DNA from: Armatimonadota bacterium
Lineage (GTDB): Bacteria; Armatimonadota; Fimbriimonadia; Fimbriimonadales; GBS-DC
Direction of reading: 5' to 3'
Length of the DNA: 64,000 nucleotides
Assembly (NCBI GenBank): GCA_037445735.1
Contig: JBBIJY010000005.1
Location: 32,001-96,000, forward strand
Positions 59,250 through 64,000 of the stretch are shown here, one piece after another; the stretch's first letter is position 1; every line of letters starts with the position of its first letter. Below the pieces are notes generated by a model. It was given only the letters and a program-made list of their open reading frames with translations, was not told the DNA's origin and searched no databases. Both the position numbers and the translations under genes were made by a program.

Positions 59250-61577
59250 ATGGTGAACGCTAATCGTCGCAAGGGGCACGCGGTGGTGCTGGGCGCGGGC
59301 ACGATGGGCAGCGGCATCGCCGCGCTGTTAGCCAGCGTCGGCTGGCGCGTTACCCTGCTCGATGTGGGCGAGGTCGCCCTCCACGCGCTGGAGCGACTGA
59401 AACAGAGCGGCGCGTTCTATCACCCCGATGACGCGATGCGAATCACCCCTGGCAATGTGGACAGCCAGCTGGACGCGGTGGAGAGCGCAGACTGGGTGCT
59501 GGAAGCGATTATCGAGCGCATCGAGCCGAAGCGGGAGCTGTGGGCGCGCGTGGCGAAGCGGGTGAACCCCGACGCCGTGTTAAGCACGAATACTTCGGGG
59601 CTGGGCATCGCCGAGATTGCCGAAGCGCTGCCACCGAACCTGCGCAGCCGCTTTCTGGGCACCCACTTTTTCAACCCGCCGCGCGTGATGCACCTGCTGG
59701 AGATTATTCCCACCGCCGACACCGACCCCGACCTGGTGGTGCAGTTCACTGCCTTCGCGGAACGGCTGCTGGGCAAGCGCGTGGTGCTGGCGAAGGACCG
59801 ACCTGGCTTCATCACCACGCGAATCGGCATCTATGCGCTGATGCGGGCGCTGGCAAGCGCAATTCAATTTCGCATCACGCCCGAAGAGGCGGATACCCTG
59901 CTGGGTCCGCTGGTCGGTCGCCCGCGCAGTGGGGTCTTTCGGCTCGCCGATCTGGTGGGGCTCGATGTCGCGCATAACATTATTCTCAATCAGAAGGAGC
60001 GCCTGCCCGACGATTTTTATATTCAATCGCTGCAGTTGCCGCCTGTGTGGCACGCGCTGATAGAGCAGGGTCGGCTGGGCGAGAAGGCGGGCGCGGGCTT
60101 TTATAAGCGTGAAGGGCGCGAGATCCTGACCCTCGATTTCGACACGCTCACCTATCGCCCGCGTCGGGAGCCGCAGCTGCCGCTGGAGCCGTCCGTTCCA
60201 CAGCTGCCGCTGCCAGAGCGGCTGCAGGCGCTGCTCAATCTGCCCGATCGGTACGGCGCCTTCTTCCGCGAGGCGTTCCTGATGCCGCTGGCGTACGGCG
60301 CGGAGGTGATGCCCGAAGTCGCCTACGACATCCCATCGCTCGATATGGCGATGCGACTGGGCTACAACTGGGAGCTGGGCGTGTTTGAGAGCTGGGACGC
60401 GCTGGGTGAGGCGGGGCGCGACGCGCTCGCCCAGCTGAACCTGCCCGGCGAACCCGCCACGCTGCGAGCGTTGCGCAACGCGGGATTCAACCGCTTCTAT
60501 ACCACCCTCGGCGCCACGCGCGTCTACTTTGAACCGCGCGATGATGAGGGCGACTATGTGCCCTTCACCACACCCCACTTCTTCATCCAGCTGGACGACC
60601 TCGCGCGCGGCGGCAAACTCATCGAAGAGCATCCTGAAGCCCGCCTGATCGATCTGGGCGACGATGTGGTCTGCATCGAGTTCCGCACCAAAGCGAATGT
60701 GCTGACGCCCGATTTGATGCGCTTCCTCCACCATGCGCTGGAGCGGGCGGAGCGTGAGTTCGCAGGTGTCGTGATCGGCAATCAGGGACGCATGTTCTCG
60801 GCAGGGTTCAATCTGAACCTGTTCGTGGAGTATATCACGGCGGAGGACTGGCAGGGTCTGGACGCGGGTCTGCGCCTTCTGCAGGGCTTGAGCCAGCGCA
60901 TTCGCACCTGCGGCGTGCCAGTGGTGGCGGCGGTGCACGGTTATGCGCTGGGCGGCGGGCTGGAGGTGGCACTGCCCTGCGCCCATGTGCATGCGCATGT
61001 GGATGCCAGCCTCGGTCTGCCCGAAGCGCTGGTCGGGCTGATCCCCGCCGGGGGCGGCACCACACTGATGACCCGCCGCGCACTGGAGAATCTCCCACCC
61101 GAGGACGACCCACTGCCCCACCTGCGCCCCGTCTTCCAGACGCTGGCGTTCGGCAAGCGCTCAAATAACGCCTTCGACGCCTGCACGCTGGGCTTCCTGC
61201 GACCGCACGACACGCTCTGCTGGAACATCGACCGCCTGCTGTACGAAGCCAAGCAGCATGTGCTGGCGCTGTCGCGGGCAGGCTACCGACCACCTCAGCC
61301 CACGCCCATCCTCGCCACAGGCGAGAACGGCTTCGCGCGACTGATGATGGAGGTTCACTGGGCGCACAAAGCGGAACAGATCAGCGACCACGACCGCCTC
61401 ATCGCCGAAAAGATTGCTTATGTGATGACCGGCGGCGCGGTCAAATCGGCTACCCCCCTGCCCGAAGAGCATTTCCATGCACTCGAACGCGAGGCGTTCA
61501 TCGAACTCTGCCGCACGCCCAAAACGCTGGAGCGTATCCGCCACATGCTCGAAACGGGCAAACCGCTGCGCAACTGA
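59250..61577 (+). CDS. fadN: 3-hydroxyacyl-CoA dehydrogenase/enoyl-CoA hydratase (FadN-type)
   Basis: GAGTMGSG, TNTSG, HFFNPPR, ALGGGLE, MLETGKPLRN. Confidence 0.9.
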   Translation: MVNANRRKGHAVVLGAGTMGSGIAALLASVGWRVTLLDVGEVALHALERLKQSGAFYHPDDAMRITPGNVDSQLDAVESADWVLEAIIERIEPKRELWARVAKRVNPDAVLSTNTSGLGIAEIAEALPPNLRSRFLGTHFFNPPRVMHLLEIIPTADTDPDLVVQFTAFAERLLGKRVVLAKDRPGFITTRIGIYALMRALASAIQFRITPEEADTLLGPLVGRPRSGVFRLADLVGLDVAHNIILNQKERLPDDFYIQSLQLPPVWHALIEQGRLGEKAGAGFYKREGREILTLDFDTLTYRPRREPQLPLEPSVPQLPLPERLQALLNLPDRYGAFFREAFLMPLAYGAEVMPEVAYDIPSLDMAMRLGYNWELGVFESWDALGEAGRDALAQLNLPGEPATLRALRNAGFNRFYTTLGATRVYFEPRDDEGDYVPFTTPHFFIQLDDLARGGKLIEEHPEARLIDLGDDVVCIEFRTKANVLTPDLMRFLHHALERAEREFAGVVIGNQGRMFSAGFNLNLFVEYITAEDWQGLDAGLRLLQGLSQRIRTCGVPVVAAVHGYALGGGLEVALPCAHVHAHVDASLGLPEALVGLIPAGGGTTLMTRRALENLPPEDDPLPHLRPVFQTLAFGKRSNNAFDACTLGFLRPHDTLCWNIDRLLYEAKQHVLALSRAGYRPPQPTPILATGENGFARLMMEVHWAHKAEQISDHDRLIAEKIAYVMTGGAVKSATPLPEEHFHALEREAFIELCRTPKTLERIRHMLETGKPLRN

Positions 61578-61590
61578 GAGGGAGCACACC

Positions 61591-61959
61591 ATGCGGAAAC
61601 GCGCACAGGAGACACGGCTCTATCGGCTGGAGATGAACGAGCGAATCTTAAACAGCGGCTTCAAGCCGTTCCAGCGGTTCTTCGCGCTGGACGCCGCCGC
61701 CTACGAATCAGGCGCCATCCCCGTCAAATACAAAGAGCTGATGGGGCTGGTTGGATCGATGGTGCTGCGCTGTAATGACTGCATCTTCTATCATCTGGAT
61801 CGCTGTGTGCAGGAGGGCGCCACGCGCGAGGAACTGCACGAGGCGATGAACATCGCGCTCATCATCGGCGGCTCCATCGTTATCCCGCACCTGCGCTATG
61901 CCTACGAGGTGATGGATGAGCTGTTCGAGGAAAAAGCCCAGCGCGAGGGAGGTGCATAG
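61591..61959 (+). CDS. Carboxymuconolactone decarboxylase/AhpD family protein
   Basis: KELMGL...RCNDCIFYH, GGSIVIPH. Confidence 0.85.
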   Translation: MRKRAQETRLYRLEMNERILNSGFKPFQRFFALDAAAYESGAIPVKYKELMGLVGSMVLRCNDCIFYHLDRCVQEGATREELHEAMNIALIIGGSIVIPHLRYAYEVMDELFEEKAQREGGA

Positions 61960-62202
61960 ATGGCAACCGTGCATATGAAGATAGCGACCGTCACGCGCGA
62001 CCAGGTGAAGGTGCCATGGCTGTGGCGACTGGGACGCGATTTTGAGCTGCAGGTGAACATTTTGAAGGCGAACATCGATGACGATTTCGGCTGGGCACTG
62101 ATCGAGCTGCAGGGTCCCGTCGAGGAGATTCAGCGGGCAACGGCGTGGCTCCACACGACGGGACTGCATGTGGAGCCTGTGGAGCGCTCCGTTTCGGAAT
62201 AA
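61960..62202 (+). CDS. NIL domain protein
   Basis: VNILKANI motif, 80 aa. Confidence 0.8.
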   Translation: MATVHMKIATVTRDQVKVPWLWRLGRDFELQVNILKANIDDDFGWALIELQGPVEEIQRATAWLHTTGLHVEPVERSVSE

Positions 62203-62205
62203 GCG

Positions 62206-63126
62206 ATGCCTGCGGTTTTACTGAAGCGACCGTCGCCGCCGCCCGACTTTGAAGCCTTCTGGCGTGAGGTGGTCGCCGAGAGTGACACCCTGCCCCTGAT
62301 CTCTGAGCGTGTGCATCAGCCCTCGGATGACACGCTCACCCATAAGGTGTTTCGTTTGCGCTGGCGGGGCGCTGATGGCAAAGGGCGCGAGGGCTGGTAC
62401 GCCGTGCCGCGCACCCCTGCCACCGAAAAACGGGTGGGACTGCTCTACCTGCCCGGCTACGGCATCGGCACCACCCCCATCAACGAGAACACGGCTTTTG
62501 ACCGCTTCGTCACCCTGTCGCCCAATCTGCACGGCTATTCGGTGGAGCCGAACATTCCCTATAGCCCCGAACACGGCTACTTCACGCAGGGCATCGAATC
62601 GCCGCACACCTATGTGTATCGGCGTATCATGCTGGATTGCCTGCTCGCTGTGCGCGTGCTGAGCGCTCAGCCGGAGGTCGATTCGAGCCGGATTGTTGCG
62701 GCGGGGTTGAGTCAGGGAGGTGGTCTGGCGGTGATGCTGGGCGCATGGTGCCCGCTGGTGCGCGTGGTGGTTGCGGAACTGCCTGCGCTCACCTACTGGG
62801 AGTATCTGCTGAACGCCACCGCGTGGCGCTACCCCATCAAAGAGTTCGCCGACTACATGCAGGCAACGGGGCACCGCCCCGAAACGCTGCTGCAAACCCT
62901 GCAATATTTTGATACGGTTAACCATGCGCCCTTTGTGCGCGTGCCAGTGCAGCTGAGCCTCGCGCTGAAAGACCCCGGCATCCGCGCACCAGTGGTCTTT
63001 TCGCTTTATGACGCCCTCCCCCACCCCAAACGCCTGCTGATTTACGAAGATTTAGGGCATGACTGGTCACCCGAGATGCACATACGCCTGCAGGAGTGGG
63101 TGAATCAGCACCTTTTGCAGAGATAA
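62206..63126 (+). CDS. Acetylxylan esterase/cephalosporin-C deacetylase (CE7)
   Basis: PDFEAFW, GLSQGGGL, YFDTVN, GH. Confidence 0.88.
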   Translation: MPAVLLKRPSPPPDFEAFWREVVAESDTLPLISERVHQPSDDTLTHKVFRLRWRGADGKGREGWYAVPRTPATEKRVGLLYLPGYGIGTTPINENTAFDRFVTLSPNLHGYSVEPNIPYSPEHGYFTQGIESPHTYVYRRIMLDCLLAVRVLSAQPEVDSSRIVAAGLSQGGGLAVMLGAWCPLVRVVVAELPALTYWEYLLNATAWRYPIKEFADYMQATGHRPETLLQTLQYFDTVNHAPFVRVPVQLSLALKDPGIRAPVVFSLYDALPHPKRLLIYEDLGHDWSPEMHIRLQEWVNQHLLQR

Positions 63127-63240
63127 GGTGGTGAGGTTCGCGAGCCCATCAACCCTGTTATCATAATCGCACTGGTTGCGCCAGATTCGCAAATCTCTAA
63201 GGAGAGCGGCGACCGTGGGCTGCCCCTTTTGTCGAAGGAG
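63121..63240 (-). pseudogene. HEPN-like protein fragment
   Basis: Translates LLRQKGQPTVAALLRDLRIWRNQCDYDNRVDGL (RNxxDYD HEPN-type motif); in-frame stop upstream, no start codon. Confidence 0.5.
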
Positions 63241-63330
63241 TCCGCCGAAAGTGTCTCCATCAGCACATGCTGAAGATCCGGACTAACTGTTCGTGCTTGC
63301 AGGGTGATCTCCTAAATATAGGCTCCAATC

Positions 63331-63954
63331 TCATTCCTGTGGCGGCAACAGGTCATCGACGGCAATCACGCTTTCTGGTTTGGCAACGGGCGTCAGCACC
63401 TCCCCCGCGCGATACACCCCCTGCTGACGATAGCCGTACCCATAGGGACGCCCACTCATCGGCACCGGCTCACGAAACACCTCCACCACCCGCTCCGCAA
63501 GATTGATAATCCAGTATTCGGGGATGCCTGCCCATGCATACAGGCTGGCTTTGGTGTGGCGATCCAGACGCAGCGTGGTCTCGCTGACCTCCACCACCAG
63601 CACGGCGCGGGTGGGATGTGCACGAGCGAAGTCGCGAATGGTGCCCTCCACCACCGCGACATCGGGCAGGGGTTCATCCCGCTCGCTCAAGGTCAGGGGC
63701 AGCTGGGTGTCGACAAGGTAGCCTGCCTCTTCAGGAAAGACACTTCGCAGGGCACGCACACATAAGCGAATCGCGGTCGCATGGGCACTTTTCATCGGTA
63801 GCTCCTTTGCGATGAGTTCGCCGTTGATGAGCTCGATCTTCTCGTCGGGCTGGATGATGCCCGCCTCAATCATGCGCTCCAGATCGGCGCGGGTGAACTT
63901 GCGTCGGTAGCCCGCACGGTATGCCGGCGAAACACGGGGTAGTGTCTTTGCCAT
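63331..63954 (-). CDS. Uma2 family endonuclease-like protein
   Basis: ELINGEL, EPLPDVAVV, LVVEVSETT, DRHTKASLYAWAGIPEYW. Confidence 0.9.
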   Translation of the reverse strand: MAKTLPRVSPAYRAGYRRKFTRADLERMIEAGIIQPDEKIELINGELIAKELPMKSAHATAIRLCVRALRSVFPEEAGYLVDTQLPLTLSERDEPLPDVAVVEGTIRDFARAHPTRAVLVVEVSETTLRLDRHTKASLYAWAGIPEYWIINLAERVVEVFREPVPMSGRPYGYGYRQQGVYRAGEVLTPVAKPESVIAVDDLLPPQE

Positions 63955-64000
63955 ATCTCCAGTATACCCTGTGCAGCCGTCGCACACGGAATCCGCCTGA

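Overview
GC-rich bacterial chromosomal window. The mix of PEP-CTERM, DUF1501/PSD1 cytochrome, RHS, Uma2, DUF6754-like cassette, flagellar and Firmicutes-like gene orders suggests Armatimonadota or a similar lineage (inference only). Housekeeping genes include thiE, rpsU-pgpH-like-ybeY-dgkA-CNNM, deoB, coaD, rluD, recG, aceAB, ribH, nnr, fadN, fliDST, dispersed nuoE/nuoB/nuoI, tRNA-Ser(TGA) and tRNA-Pro(CGG). Accessory material is interleaved: a frameshifted RHS toxin with a TPR partner, an MTase-fragment/Uma2/Uma2/MTase block, HEPN-MNT and AbiEii modules, gene remnants and REP-like palindromes. Most notable items: (1) a ~325-nt highly structured non-coding RNA candidate (29191-29515, minus) with a consensus sigma70 promoter, matching no family I recognise; (2) a four-gene uncharacterised membrane cassette facing a divergent OPT-like transporter (30823-36136); (3) a GNAT-ABC ATPase fusion convergent with an ASCH gene; (4) a window-wide G-rich TANNNT-N6-8-start motif implying leaderless transcription. 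All family assignments come from motif recognition by eye; no database searches were run.
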